Positions 27,635 through 40,055 of a DNA stretch of 64,000 nucleotides are shown here, piece after piece; position 1 is the first letter of the stretch; the number at the start of each line of letters is the position of its first letter. The stretch lies in contig JACRFB010000031.1 in assembly GCA_016218045.1 (NCBI GenBank), forward strand, positions 72,908 to 136,907. The letters are read 5' to 3'. The notes beneath the pieces are model-generated. The model made no database searches. It saw only the letters and a list, made by a program, of their open reading frames with translations, and was not told the origin of the DNA. The translations under genes were made by a program, and so were the position numbers. The stretch is from Ignavibacteriota bacterium. Lineage in GTDB: Bacteria > Bacteroidota > Ignavibacteria > SZUA-365.

Positions 27635-28018
27635 ATGGTACCATACACAGAAACAACCCAGGGAGTCACCATTCGCGTGCAGCCGTTTTTCCTCGAGGAA
27701 CGGTCCAATGTTCTCAAACGCGAGTTTTTTTTCGTGTACTTCATCGTCATCGAGAATCACGGCACATCGAACGTCCAACTCCTGCGCCGCCGCTGGCAGA
27801 TTCACGATTCGGCTGGTGAGGAGTATGTGGTCGAGGGCGACGGTGTCGTAGGCCAGCAGCCGGTCATCGCCCCCGGCGCAAATCACCAGTACAACAGCTT
27901 CTGCGTGCTCAAATCGTTCGAGGGTTCGATGGAGGGGACGTATCTCATGCAGCGTGAGGACGGCTCCACGTTCGAGGCGGTTATACCGCGTTTCTCGCTC
28001 CGCGCCTGGAATAACTGA
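27635..28018 (+). CDS. apaG: ApaG domain protein
   Basis: GAGGAGG SD; VQLLRRRWQIHD, GDGVVGQQPVI, GSMEGTY, IPRF. Confidence 0.93.
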   Translation: MVPYTETTQGVTIRVQPFFLEERSNVLKREFFFVYFIVIENHGTSNVQLLRRRWQIHDSAGEEYVVEGDGVVGQQPVIAPGANHQYNSFCVLKSFEGSMEGTYLMQREDGSTFEAVIPRFSLRAWNN

Positions 28019-28040
28019 CGCAGGCGGCTGGTACGATAAG

Positions 28041-28078
28041 AAAACAGGCAGCGTCGTATGGCGCTGCCTGTTTTTTTT
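28041..28078. terminator. Bidirectional intrinsic terminator between convergent apaG and clpC
   Basis: AAAACAGGCAGCGTC-GTAT-GGCGCTGCCTGTTTTTTTT stem-loop with flanking A/T tracts. Confidence 0.85.
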
Positions 28079-28095
28079 CTGTGGAGGAACGAATC

Positions 28096-30699
<2,604 letters not shown>

Positions 30700-30772
30700 G
30701 GTGTCTTCCGTAATCTAATGGGACTGATGCCTGAACACGCCCGGAGCGGGAATCGTTTCGCGACATCATAAC

Positions 30773-30801
30773 AAAATACCACCGCACCCCGGTGGGAACA
30801 A
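30773..30801 (-). promoter_or_regulatory. Putative sigma70 promoter for clpC
   Basis: TTGTTC-N17-TATTTT on the minus strand, with TG extended -10. Confidence 0.5.
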
Positions 30802-30986
30802 GGCAAATACGTGTCGGACCCGTTCCCTGCTGCTGTCTCCTCACGTGGCTAGCCCTTCCCGCCATCGCAGAACATGGTCCCACGGAAGCTGCCTCTCGCC
30901 TGTTCTCATGCGTGTACCGTCTTGCACCGCTGTGTTCAGAACAGATCGGCATTCGAGATGAAAATCGATCTCAGACCGCACTACGC

Positions 30987-31760
30987 TCAGAAAATGACCA
31001 TCCAAAGGGCATAATCCAGGATCAGAATCATTGCGGCTGAAATGACGAAGGCGCGGATGGTGGAGAGACCGACGCCTTCAGCGCCGCCGCTTGTGCGGAA
31101 GCCGATATGGCAGCCCAGTATCGAGGTCACGCCTCCGAAAGCGACGGCCTTGACAAGACCAGAGATCACATCCTTCGATTCGAAAAACCGCTGCACACTT
31201 CCGAAAAACACCTGTGAGGTGATGCCGAGGAAGAAGTTCGCGACGAGGAAGGCCCCGATCAGCGCTATGGCATTGGCAAAGACAACAAGCACGGGCATCA
31301 TGATCACCGCGCCCACAAAACGCGGCATCGCGAGATAGCGCACGGGGTCGATGGCCATACTTTCGAGTGCGTCGATCTGCTCGGTCACTTTCATCGTGCC
31401 GAGTTCCGCGGCGATCGATGCGCCCACGCGTCCGGCGATGACGATGGCCGAGAGGACGGGGCCCAGTTCGATAAAGATCGCGCGGCTCACCGCACCGCCT
31501 ATGAGGGAGAAGCTGATCATGCCCTGGAATTGATAGGCCGCCTGCCACGACGACACCATGCCGGTGAACAGTCCGATAATCAGAACGAGTGGAAGCGAGC
31601 CCACGCCGATATGCGCCATCTGCTCGAACACGAGACGGCGGTCGCGCCATATCCGGTACGTGCTGCGGATGATGCGAACCTGCAATGAGGCGACCTCGCC
31701 CACTTCGCGGACGAAACGCAATGTGCGTGCGCCGAGCCGGTCGATGCCAAACGCCGTCAT
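30987..31760 (-). CDS. mlaE: MlaE family ABC transporter permease
   Basis: ELGPVLSAIVIAGRVGASIAAELGTMKVTEQIDALE, GGAEGVG; ATG overlaps the rlmN stop. Confidence 0.92.
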   Translation of the reverse strand: MTAFGIDRLGARTLRFVREVGEVASLQVRIIRSTYRIWRDRRLVFEQMAHIGVGSLPLVLIIGLFTGMVSSWQAAYQFQGMISFSLIGGAVSRAIFIELGPVLSAIVIAGRVGASIAAELGTMKVTEQIDALESMAIDPVRYLAMPRFVGAVIMMPVLVVFANAIALIGAFLVANFFLGITSQVFFGSVQRFFESKDVISGLVKAVAFGGVTSILGCHIGFRTSGGAEGVGLSTIRAFVISAAMILILDYALWMVIF

Positions 31761-32851
31761 GACGTCGTCACCGCGCGTTTCCGGATGTGGGATCGCACCG
31801 CGAGCTGCCCGCAGGCGGCGTCGATGTCGCGGCCCGAACTGCTGCGCAGCATCACGGTCGCATTGCCCGCGCGCAGCGCCTCCGCAAAACGTTCGATTCG
31901 GGCCGGAGGACTGGGCCGCAGTTCGAGGCGCGGCGGATGCGAGAGGGCGGAGTCGATGGGGTGGAAGGGTATCAGATTCACCTTCGACGGGACGCGCCGC
32001 ATCAGCCGCAGCAGCCGTTGCACGTCGGCCTCCGTGTCGTTCAGGTCGTCGAACAGGATGTACTCCCACGTTATGCGACGTCTCGTTGCGCGGTAGTAAT
32101 ACTCGGCTGCCGCAATCAATTCCGACAGAGGGTATTTGCGGTTAATGGGCATGAGGACCGACCGGAGCGCATCGTCGGTGCTGTGCAGCGAGATGGCGAG
32201 TTTGGCCTTGCGCTGTTCGTCGGCCATGCGTCGTATGCCGTCCACCAGACCCGCTGTCGACACGGTGATATGGGCGGATCCCACCCCGCAGGTGGTTTCA
32301 TGCGTGATGAGGTCGATCGACTTCATGGTCTCGTCGTAATTGAGCATCGGTTCGCCCATGCCCATGTACACGAGATTCGTGATACGCTGGCCGCTCGCGG
32401 CGAGCGCCCCGAAATACTGTCCCACGATTTCCCAGGCGCGCGCGTTGCGGCGCATTTTCATCGAGGCGGTGGCGCAGAACGCGCAGTCGAGCGGACACCC
32501 GACCTGCGTCGAGAGACAGAGAGTCAGCCGTTTCGGCCTGCCCGCTTCCTCGGTCTCCGACGGAATTAACACCGTCTCGACACGCAAATCGTCTTCAAGT
32601 GTAAACAGGAATTTCCGGGTTCCATCTGCGCTGTTCTGTTCGCCTGCGATCACCGGATGTGTGATGCGGAAGCTTTCAGCCAGAGCTGTTCTTTCCGCCT
32701 TCGGCAGATTTGTCATCAGCCCAAAATCGGTGACGCGCCGGTTGTACATCCAGTAAAACACCTGCTCCGCCCGGTACCGAGGCATTCCGCGCTCCTGTAA
32801 CAGCGAGCGCAACTCGTCGAGTGTTTGTCCGAACAGGTTGAGGGCTTCCAT
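31757..32851 (-). CDS. rlmN: 23S rRNA m2A2503 radical SAM methyltransferase
   Basis: STQVGCPLDCAFC, MGMGEP, SLH, KVNLIPF, DIDAACGQL. Confidence 0.95.
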   Translation of the reverse strand: MEALNLFGQTLDELRSLLQERGMPRYRAEQVFYWMYNRRVTDFGLMTNLPKAERTALAESFRITHPVIAGEQNSADGTRKFLFTLEDDLRVETVLIPSETEEAGRPKRLTLCLSTQVGCPLDCAFCATASMKMRRNARAWEIVGQYFGALAASGQRITNLVYMGMGEPMLNYDETMKSIDLITHETTCGVGSAHITVSTAGLVDGIRRMADEQRKAKLAISLHSTDDALRSVLMPINRKYPLSELIAAAEYYYRATRRRITWEYILFDDLNDTEADVQRLLRLMRRVPSKVNLIPFHPIDSALSHPPRLELRPSPPARIERFAEALRAGNATVMLRSSSGRDIDAACGQLAVRSHIRKRAVTTS

Positions 32852-32874
32852 GCATGAAATCTAACACTATCCGC

Positions 32875-32958
32875 GAGAAGGGGAAAGGGAGAATGGTGAA
32901 GGGGGATGGGGGGAGGGGGATGGGGGAAGAGGGTAGAGGGAAGGGGGAAGGGAAAGAG
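32875..32958. repeat. Degenerate purine-rich heptamer tandem array (~11-12 units, consensus GGGAAGG)
   Basis: gagaagg ggaaagg gagaatg gtgaagg gggatgg ggggagg gggatgg gggaaga gggtaga gggaagg gggaagg. Confidence 0.8.
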
Positions 32959-33013
32959 GGTAATAGAGCTAGCCATGTGATGGGGGAAAAGTGTACATTT
33001 GATGATGTTTCGG

Positions 33014-33979
33014 ATGAGAAAACGATGCCGATATTCCGCCGCTGTTCTAACCGCGTTCCTTGTGGTCTGCACATGGAGTGCTCCTGCACAAGAGCGTTCC
33101 GGAAACGTCGAGCAGGATTCCGCGCGCTCAAAATCGGACAGTCTTGTCTCTTTAGTACCCGCGCAGCGCGGAGTCGATCCGTGGCGTTTGTCACTCATCG
33201 GAGGCGCGGCTCTGGGCACACTCGGTGCCACGTACGCGTATCTCGAAGACACCTGGTGGGCCGAAAAGCCGACGAGTTTCCACTTCGATGACGGTGGTGA
33301 TCTGAAGTATGCGCATAACATCGACAAACTCGCGCATTTCTACGGCGGTTCCATCGCCGCCGACATGTTCACCCGCGCCCTGCTCTGGTCGCGGGTGCCC
33401 GAGCGCAGCGCCGTCTGGCTGGGATTTGGGCTCGGCGTCTTTGTGCAGATGGTCATCGAACTGAAGGACGGTTTTGCGCCGCGCTGGGGCTACAGTGTGT
33501 GGGATGTGGGGATAGGCAGTGCGGGAGCGCTGTACTACACCGCAAAACATTACTTCCCGGCTCTTGCCGCGACCGATGTGAAATTCAGCTACTGGCAGTA
33601 TTCGGACAAGTACTTCTCATGGATCAAATCCGGCGGGGGCGCCACCTGGAACGACGACTACATCAATCAGACGTACTGGCTCTCGTTCAAGGTGAATTCG
33701 TATCTGCCCTCCTCGAGCGAAAAGTACTGGCCCGACTGGCTGGCTGTCGCGATTGGCGTCGGCGTGGATGACGCGCTCGACGGCTATGAGAAGAACAACA
33801 CAAAACTCCATCCCGGCAATCTCGAGATTTTTCTCGCGCTCGATGTGGACGTGACACAGATCCTCCCATCCGATAACGGACTGTGGGAAACGATAAAGCA
33901 CTATCTGAATTACATCAAATTCCCCGCGCCCGCTGTGCGTCTCACCCCCACGACTGTCTGGTATGGCCTGTATTTTTAG
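33014..33979 (+). CDS. DUF2279/YfiM-like exported membrane protein
   Basis: Signal peptide; WW..FHF, DKLAHFYGG, IELKDGFAPRWGYSVWD, DDYINQTYWLS, PDWLAVA; ends YGLYF. Confidence 0.75.
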   Translation: MRKRCRYSAAVLTAFLVVCTWSAPAQERSGNVEQDSARSKSDSLVSLVPAQRGVDPWRLSLIGGAALGTLGATYAYLEDTWWAEKPTSFHFDDGGDLKYAHNIDKLAHFYGGSIAADMFTRALLWSRVPERSAVWLGFGLGVFVQMVIELKDGFAPRWGYSVWDVGIGSAGALYYTAKHYFPALAATDVKFSYWQYSDKYFSWIKSGGGATWNDDYINQTYWLSFKVNSYLPSSSEKYWPDWLAVAIGVGVDDALDGYEKNNTKLHPGNLEIFLALDVDVTQILPSDNGLWETIKHYLNYIKFPAPAVRLTPTTVWYGLYF

Positions 33980-35021
33980 CCGGTTTCAGCGCAACTTTCT
34001 TCCCATCGTGATGCTGATCGTCACCACGGGCTTCTCTCTGCATGCACAGGTGAGCGCGACACGTTCGGAATCCGCGAGCCCGGGCATGGATGAAACGGCC
34101 GGCACAGCGGTGATTACGCGGCATGGCGGCCCGGAAAACGGATACAACGATCTGAAAATGCAGCTCCGTTATCCGTTGCCGTCGTATGCGGCCACAGGCA
34201 TTGTCGAGGATCCATATCCCGTGCCTTTCGAGGGGTACGATCCCGAGCACACGCGTATACGATGGGACCACGCGGCGATCATGGGCGGAGCGCTCACGAT
34301 CACCATCACGGGTGTGCACATGTACCAGATGAACGCGTGGTGGAAGGACCAGCGCACGTCGTTTCACTTTACGGAAGACGCCGCATACGCGCTCAATGTA
34401 GACAAGGCCGGCCACTTCCTTGGCGGCGCGTTCTGCTCGTTCCTCGGCAGGAAATCGGTGGAATGGGTGGGTGTGTCGCGCGGGGCCTCCGCCGCCTGGG
34501 GTTCGGTGATCGGCGCGCTCTTTGAACTCTATGTCGAGTTCGAGGACGGTTTCGCGCGAGACTGGGGCTTCAGTCCCGGCGACGCCTACGCCGATCTTCT
34601 CGGCGCCGGATGGATGTACGGCCAGTACGCGGTGCCGGGCATGGAGCACTTCCAGCCCAAATTCACCTATTTCCCGTCAAAGAAATACCGCGACGGCCTG
34701 CATCACGGCAACGCGATCGACGATTACGAAGGGCAGACATACTGGATGGCCGTCCATATACACGGCCTGCTTCCCGCCTCGTGGCAGCGCTGGTGGCCCG
34801 AGTGGCTCGCGCTCGCCTTCGGCACCTCCGTGCGCGACATGGATAATCCCGATAAAAAGCAGCGAAATATCCTTATCGCGCTCGACTACGACATGACCAA
34901 GATCATCCCCGGCGAGAGCTGGTTCATGCGCACCTTCAAGGAGGCGCTCAACTTCCTGCATTTCCCCTCGCCGGCGATCCGTATCTCGCCCGACTTTGTG
35001 GGATACGGGCTCTACTTCTGA
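33963..35021 (+). CDS. DUF2279/YfiM-like exported membrane protein (paralogue)
   Basis: DKAGHFLGG, VEFEDGFARDWGFSPGD, DDYEGQTYW, PEWLALA; ends YGLYF. The start may be 34009 or 34012. Confidence 0.75.
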   Translation: MACIFSRFQRNFLPIVMLIVTTGFSLHAQVSATRSESASPGMDETAGTAVITRHGGPENGYNDLKMQLRYPLPSYAATGIVEDPYPVPFEGYDPEHTRIRWDHAAIMGGALTITITGVHMYQMNAWWKDQRTSFHFTEDAAYALNVDKAGHFLGGAFCSFLGRKSVEWVGVSRGASAAWGSVIGALFELYVEFEDGFARDWGFSPGDAYADLLGAGWMYGQYAVPGMEHFQPKFTYFPSKKYRDGLHHGNAIDDYEGQTYWMAVHIHGLLPASWQRWWPEWLALAFGTSVRDMDNPDKKQRNILIALDYDMTKIIPGESWFMRTFKEALNFLHFPSPAIRISPDFVGYGLYF

Positions 35022-35035
35022 AAGGACGAGCTTCC

Positions 35036-35782
35036 ATGGACCCGTCACTTTCCGCGCCGCGTATCAGCGTCGTGATCCCGGCACTCGACGAGGAGAAACT
35101 TCTGCCTTCGCTGCTGCGGCAACTCGACGAGGGGATCCGAGCGCGCTTCGGGCTCGAACTCATCCTCAGCGACGGCGGCAGCACCGATGCGACCTGCGCG
35201 ATAGCGGAGGAAGGCGGCTGCCGCGTCGTGCGTCATACGGAACCCGGACGTCAGACCATCGCGGCCGGACGTAACGCAGGCGCAGGCGCCGCGCTGGGCG
35301 CGATACTCGTCTTCATCAATGCCGATGTGACACTCGATGATCCGTTCCGTTTTTTCGCGGCGGTGGAACGAAGCATGGCGTCGCCGCGTGTCGCGGGCGC
35401 GACCTGCGCCGTACACGTCTTTCCCGCCGAACAGCGTCTGTCCGACTGGCTGTTTCACATCGTGCACAACGCCTACGTGCGTTTTCTGAATCTGATCGGT
35501 GAAGGCATGGGCCGCGGCGAGTGCCAGATACTGCGGCGTTCGCTCTTCGAAGAACTCGGCGGCTACAATCCGCTGCTCGCTGCGGGCGAGGATTACGACC
35601 TCTTCCGTCGCGTCCGGCGCCGCGGGTCGATTGTGTTCCTGCCGGGCATCACCATGTACGAGTCGCCGCGCCGCTTCCGCCGCTATGGATACCTGCGTAT
35701 CGTGTGGGGCTGGACGCGGAATGCCTTTTCCGTCGTCGTTCGGAACCGTTCCGCATCGAAAGAGTGGGAGACTGTGCGGTAG
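35036..35782 (+). CDS. Family 2 glycosyltransferase
   Basis: ISVVIPALDEE, SDGGSTD, GRNAGA, FINAD, GGY, GEDYD, SPRRF. Confidence 0.9.
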   Translation: MDPSLSAPRISVVIPALDEEKLLPSLLRQLDEGIRARFGLELILSDGGSTDATCAIAEEGGCRVVRHTEPGRQTIAAGRNAGAGAALGAILVFINADVTLDDPFRFFAAVERSMASPRVAGATCAVHVFPAEQRLSDWLFHIVHNAYVRFLNLIGEGMGRGECQILRRSLFEELGGYNPLLAAGEDYDLFRRVRRRGSIVFLPGITMYESPRRFRRYGYLRIVWGWTRNAFSVVVRNRSASKEWETVR

Positions 35783-36116
35783 GCCGCGTGTTCGAGACAA
35801 CGATGCGACGGTACCTGAAAAGGTGCGCGAACGGAGCCGGCCTCGCCTGGCCACGAAACATGCGGCAGCATCAGACTGCGGCGGCCGGGCTGCCTGAAAA
35901 GAAAGTCGGCCCCGCAGGAACAGGTGTGCGGAATCATATGTTCGAGTAGAGAGACCCGTTTGTCCGGCGTTCTGTTTCACAGCTCGGCCTGCCGCGCCGG
36001 TTGCAGATACCGCACGGAGGGCGATAAGAAATCGCATTGTTTGCTGCTCGAAAAGTCGCTAGTTTCATAAAATTATACCCACTGGAATCACTTCACGCTC
36101 GATAAAGGCCGTCAGC

Positions 36117-37724
36117 ATGTTCCGCAAACGTTTCTCCCTAGCGTCCGTTTTTGTTCTCCTCTTCTTTGGCGTCTTTCTCGGCGCCCAGATCCAGGCGATC
36201 TCGGAGGACAACATCTACGAGCAGCTCAACAAGTTCAAGGACGTGTTGAGCTTCACGCAGAAATACTACGTCGATGAAGTGTCGACATCGCGGCTCGTCG
36301 AAAAGGCGGTGGAAGGTCTGCTCAAGGATCTCGATCCCCACTCCGTGTACATCGATCCGAAATCTCTCGTGAAGGTGCAGGAGGATTTTAAGGGAAGCTT
36401 TGAAGGCATCGGCATCGAATTCAACATTCTGCACGACACCATCACGGTCGTGTCGCCGATATTCGGCGGTCCGAGCGAGAAGGTGGGTCTGCTCGCGGGT
36501 GACAAGATCGTGCAGATCGACGGACAGAGCTCTGTGAAGGTGACCAACGACGACGTGCAGAAGAAACTGCGCGGCGAGAAGGGGTCCAAGGTTGTGGTCG
36601 ACATCGTCCGCGCGGGGGTGAAGGACGTGCTGCAGTTCACGATCACACGCGACAAGATCCCCCTCTACAGTGTCGACACCTATTTCGTGCTCGAGGACGG
36701 CACGGGGTATATGGTGATCAACCGCTTCGCATCGAACACCTATCAGGAATTCATCAACGGCCTGCGCGACATGCGCACCAAGGGCATGGAGAAACTGATC
36801 CTCGATCTGCGCGGAAATCCTGGCGGCTACCTCGAGCAGTCGTTCCGCATGGCCAACGAATTCCTCGCGCGCGGCGAGAAAATCGTGTACACGAAGGGCC
36901 GCAGCCCCCAGTTCGACGAGAACTACAATGCCAATGGCGCGGGCGAATTCCAGGACCTCCCGCTCATCGTGCTTGTGACACGCGCCAGCGCCTCCGCCTC
37001 GGAGATCGTGGCCGGCGCGGTGCAGGATCACGACCGCGGACTCATCGTCGGCGAGACCACCTTCGGCAAGGGCCTGGTGCAGCGGCAGTTCGATCTGCCC
37101 GACGGCTCCGCCTTCCGTCTTACGACAGCCCGGTACTACACGCCGTCGGGACGCATCATTCAGCGGCCCTACGACGGGAAGTCGGACGAGGAGTACTACA
37201 AGACCGCCGGCGACAAGTCCGAGGCCGAGGGCGACAACATCGAACATCACGAGGACAAGGCCGACACCTCGCGTCCGAAATACAAGACCGACGCCGGCCG
37301 CACCGTGCTGGGCGGCGGCGGTATCACGCCCGATTACATCGTCAAAGTCGACAATCTCACGGAATACGCCGCGAAGATGCGTGCGCGCCTCTTCGAGTTC
37401 ATCAGCGGTTATATGGACAAGAACGGCCCCGCCTTCCGGCAGAAGTACGGCAAGGACCAGGCGCAGCGCTTTACAAACGAATTCAGCGTCGATGACGAAC
37501 TGCTCGCATCCTTCGTGTCCTTCGGCGAAAGCAAAAACATTCCGCTCGTCAAGGAACAGTACCAGAAGGACCTGGACTACATCAAGGCGCTCATCAAGGC
37601 GCAGATTGCGCGCAATCTCTTCGGCAACGAGGGTTTCTTCCGCGCGCTGCTGCAGGCCGATCCGCAATTCCGCAAGGCGCGGACACTGTTCCCGGAAGCC
37701 AAAAAAATCGCCGGACTGAAATAG
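36117..37724 (+). CDS. ctpA: S41 family carboxy-terminal processing protease with PDZ domain
   Basis: LDPHSVY, FEGIGI, LDLRGNPGG, SASASEIVAGA, TFGKGLVQ, ARYYTPSGR, GITPD. Confidence 0.93.
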   Translation: MFRKRFSLASVFVLLFFGVFLGAQIQAISEDNIYEQLNKFKDVLSFTQKYYVDEVSTSRLVEKAVEGLLKDLDPHSVYIDPKSLVKVQEDFKGSFEGIGIEFNILHDTITVVSPIFGGPSEKVGLLAGDKIVQIDGQSSVKVTNDDVQKKLRGEKGSKVVVDIVRAGVKDVLQFTITRDKIPLYSVDTYFVLEDGTGYMVINRFASNTYQEFINGLRDMRTKGMEKLILDLRGNPGGYLEQSFRMANEFLARGEKIVYTKGRSPQFDENYNANGAGEFQDLPLIVLVTRASASASEIVAGAVQDHDRGLIVGETTFGKGLVQRQFDLPDGSAFRLTTARYYTPSGRIIQRPYDGKSDEEYYKTAGDKSEAEGDNIEHHEDKADTSRPKYKTDAGRTVLGGGGITPDYIVKVDNLTEYAAKMRARLFEFISGYMDKNGPAFRQKYGKDQAQRFTNEFSVDDELLASFVSFGESKNIPLVKEQYQKDLDYIKALIKAQIARNLFGNEGFFRALLQADPQFRKARTLFPEAKKIAGLK

Positions 37725-37734
37725 CCCTTCAGCC

Positions 37735-38613
37735 GTGAAACGGCACACCACATCACGGCCGCGCCGCTTCCCCGCGGCGCGCCGTCTTCTTCTCCTCGGA
37801 GCGTCTGCCGCCGCCGTCCTCTTCGCGACTGCGGTGAGCACGGACGTTCCCGTGCAGGCCGCGGCGCCGCAGCCCGCGCGTCCCGCCAACCTCGCCGTCT
37901 TTCAGCGCGGGGAGGAACTTGTGTACGAGGTGCGCTATCTGACCTTCATGCTCGGGACCATTACGGCCCGCTGCCTGGCGGTGGACAGTGTCACGAAGCA
38001 CTACAGAATGGAGTGCATCATCCGTTCCGCAAAGGGCATACCCTTTGTCACACTTCTCACACGTTTCCAAAGCACGGTCAACGAGCAGGTAACGAGCACC
38101 TCGTTCAGCACGAAGGAACACGTGGAGGACACGCTGAACAAGTACATCAACTACACCTTCCCGAAGAACCGGGACGTGGTGTATATCAGCGAACGGATCG
38201 GCCGTGACCCCATCCCCGAGCATTACGACACGCTGACCCTCGACGGCAAGCGCTGGCAGGACGGACTGTCGCTCCTCTTTTATGCACGCGCGCACGCGCT
38301 GCAGCGATACACCGATTACGTCCCCGTCCTCATGTACCGTTCAAAGGCCACAACCACGATCAACTTCGGTGTGAAAGACGACGACATGGAAATCGACGCC
38401 GTGCCGTATCCGATCCACACCGTGAAGCTCGACGGCGAAACCGGTTTCACGGGCATATTCGGGCTCACCGGCGGTTTCGAGGGGTGGTTCAGCAAGGACG
38501 CCGCATCCGTACCGATATACGCAAAGATGCACGTGATACTCGGCAGCGTCCGACTCGAACTCGTTTCCTGGAAAAAACCCGGGTGGATCCCGCCCCGCTA
38601 TGGCAAAAACTAA
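37735..38613 (+). CDS. DUF3108-like secreted protein
   Basis: N-terminal export signal; FQRGEELVYEV, DGLSLLFYAR, WFSKDAASVP, GSVRLEL. Confidence 0.7.
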   Translation: MKRHTTSRPRRFPAARRLLLLGASAAAVLFATAVSTDVPVQAAAPQPARPANLAVFQRGEELVYEVRYLTFMLGTITARCLAVDSVTKHYRMECIIRSAKGIPFVTLLTRFQSTVNEQVTSTSFSTKEHVEDTLNKYINYTFPKNRDVVYISERIGRDPIPEHYDTLTLDGKRWQDGLSLLFYARAHALQRYTDYVPVLMYRSKATTTINFGVKDDDMEIDAVPYPIHTVKLDGETGFTGIFGLTGGFEGWFSKDAASVPIYAKMHVILGSVRLELVSWKKPGWIPPRYGKN

Positions 38614-39181
38614 CGCACGAATCATCCCGTATCAGGGAAAACTCCCCGACATCCATCCCAGCGTTTTCCTCGCCGACGGCGTCGTGATCGTGGGCGACGT
38701 CACACTCGCCGAGGACGTGAACGTCTGGTGCAACGCGGTCATTCGCGGCGATGTGAACACCATCGGCATCGGCGCGCGCACAAACGTGCAGGACAACAGC
38801 ACGCTGCACGTGACCTGGAACCAGTACTCGCTGAACATCGGCGCCGACGTGACCATCGGTCACGGCGTGACATTGCACGGGTGCACGATTCACGACCGCG
38901 TGCTGATAGGCATGGGCGCGGTGGTTCTGGACGGCGCCGAAGTGTTTCCCGAATCGCTCATTGCCGCGGGGACGCTTGTGCGCCAGCACTTCGAGGTGCC
39001 GGAGGGCAGCCTCGTCGCCGGCGTGCCGGGCAAAATCGCGCGCCGCCTGAGCGACGAAGAGCGGCGGGGTATTGCGGATTCGGCGCAGCACTACATGCAT
39101 TACGTGAACGAATACCGCGCACACGACGATCTCGGACAGGCGATGGATTTCGACACGTATCTGCGCCTGCGGCGCGGATGA
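38600..39181 (+). CDS. Gamma carbonic anhydrase family (hexapeptide repeat) protein
   Basis: VIRGDVN, TNVQDNSTLH, VTIGHGVTLHGC, LVAGVPGK. Confidence 0.93.
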   Translation: MAKTNARIIPYQGKLPDIHPSVFLADGVVIVGDVTLAEDVNVWCNAVIRGDVNTIGIGARTNVQDNSTLHVTWNQYSLNIGADVTIGHGVTLHGCTIHDRVLIGMGAVVLDGAEVFPESLIAAGTLVRQHFEVPEGSLVAGVPGKIARRLSDEERRGIADSAQHYMHYVNEYRAHDDLGQAMDFDTYLRLRRG

Positions 39182-39191
39182 GGAGCATGGC

Positions 39192-40055
39192 ATGAGCGCG
39201 CTAGACGGACGCATGGAAGAGGCAATCCGGAACGCCCTGCGCGAGGACGTGGGCCTCGGCGATATCACCACGGAGTGCACGATTCCGACCGACCTGCCGG
39301 GCACCGGCATTTTTCTTTCCAAGGCGAACGGCATTCTCTCCGGGATAGACGTCGTCGAAACCGTGCTCGCCATGGTCGACGAGCGCCTGCACCTCGAAAC
39401 ACACATACGGAACGGCATGCCTCTGTTGCGTGGCATGAAGATCGCGACGGTGCGCGGACCCATCGCGTCGATGCTCACCGCCGAGCGCACCGCGCTGAAT
39501 TTTCTGCAGCGTATGTCGGGCATCGCAACCATGACGGCATCGATGGTGAAGCTTGTGGAAGGACGCGAGGTGAAGATTCTCGACACACGAAAAACCGCGC
39601 CGGGCTTACGCGCCTTCGATAAGCGCGCGGTGCGCGACGGACGCGGCACGAACCACCGCTTCGGGCTCGACGACATGGTGCTGGTCAAGGACAATCACAT
39701 AGCGGCCGCGGGCGGCATCACATCGGCGGTCGAAATGGTGCGCGGGCGGCTTCCGCGCGATAGGCGCCTGCGTGTCGAGGTCGAGACGCGCTCGCTGCAG
39801 GACGTGCTCGAGGCACTATCCTGCGAGGGTGTCGACGTCATCATGCTCGATAATTTTCCCATAGACGAACTCGCACCCGCCGTGCGTCTGATCAAAACGC
39901 GGCGACCAGGCATCGAGGTCGAGGCTTCGGGCAACGTCAACGAGGGAACGATCCGCGACATCGCGGAATCCGGCGTCGATTCCATCTCGGTCGGCGCGCT
40001 GACACACTCGGTCAAGGCGCTCGACATCTCGTTCGATATCGCCGCGGATGAGTGA
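39192..40055 (+). CDS. nadC: Nicotinate-nucleotide diphosphorylase (quinolinate phosphoribosyltransferase)
   Basis: EDVGLGDIT, ERTALNFLQ, DTRKT, NHRFGL, KDNH, IMLDN, EASG, GALTHS. Confidence 0.96.
   Translation: MSALDGRMEEAIRNALREDVGLGDITTECTIPTDLPGTGIFLSKANGILSGIDVVETVLAMVDERLHLETHIRNGMPLLRGMKIATVRGPIASMLTAERTALNFLQRMSGIATMTASMVKLVEGREVKILDTRKTAPGLRAFDKRAVRDGRGTNHRFGLDDMVLVKDNHIAAAGGITSAVEMVRGRLPRDRRLRVEVETRSLQDVLEALSCEGVDVIMLDNFPIDELAPAVRLIKTRRPGIEVEASGNVNEGTIRDIAESGVDSISVGALTHSVKALDISFDIAADE

Noticed and set aside
31757..32851. Radical SAM as the AmrS partner of MEMO1, or Cfr
   Set aside because: Motifs (MGMGEP, SLH, AACGQL) and housekeeping context fit RlmN.
32676..33327. ORFs with Pro/Phe- or Gly/Glu-rich low-complexity segments
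   Set aside because: They arise from the purine heptamer tract and overlap rlmN and the DUF2279-like gene.
35803..35949. 48-aa small ORF in the GT2-ctpA spacer
   Set aside because: No SD, atypical codon usage and no motif; probably non-coding.
36138..37889. Long antisense ORFs (also 50370-52208, 52779-54860, 42861-44441, 44360-45913, 29227-30771, 15560-17074, 22609-24591)
   Set aside because: These are shadows of well-supported genes in a high-GC3 genome, with no recognisable motifs.
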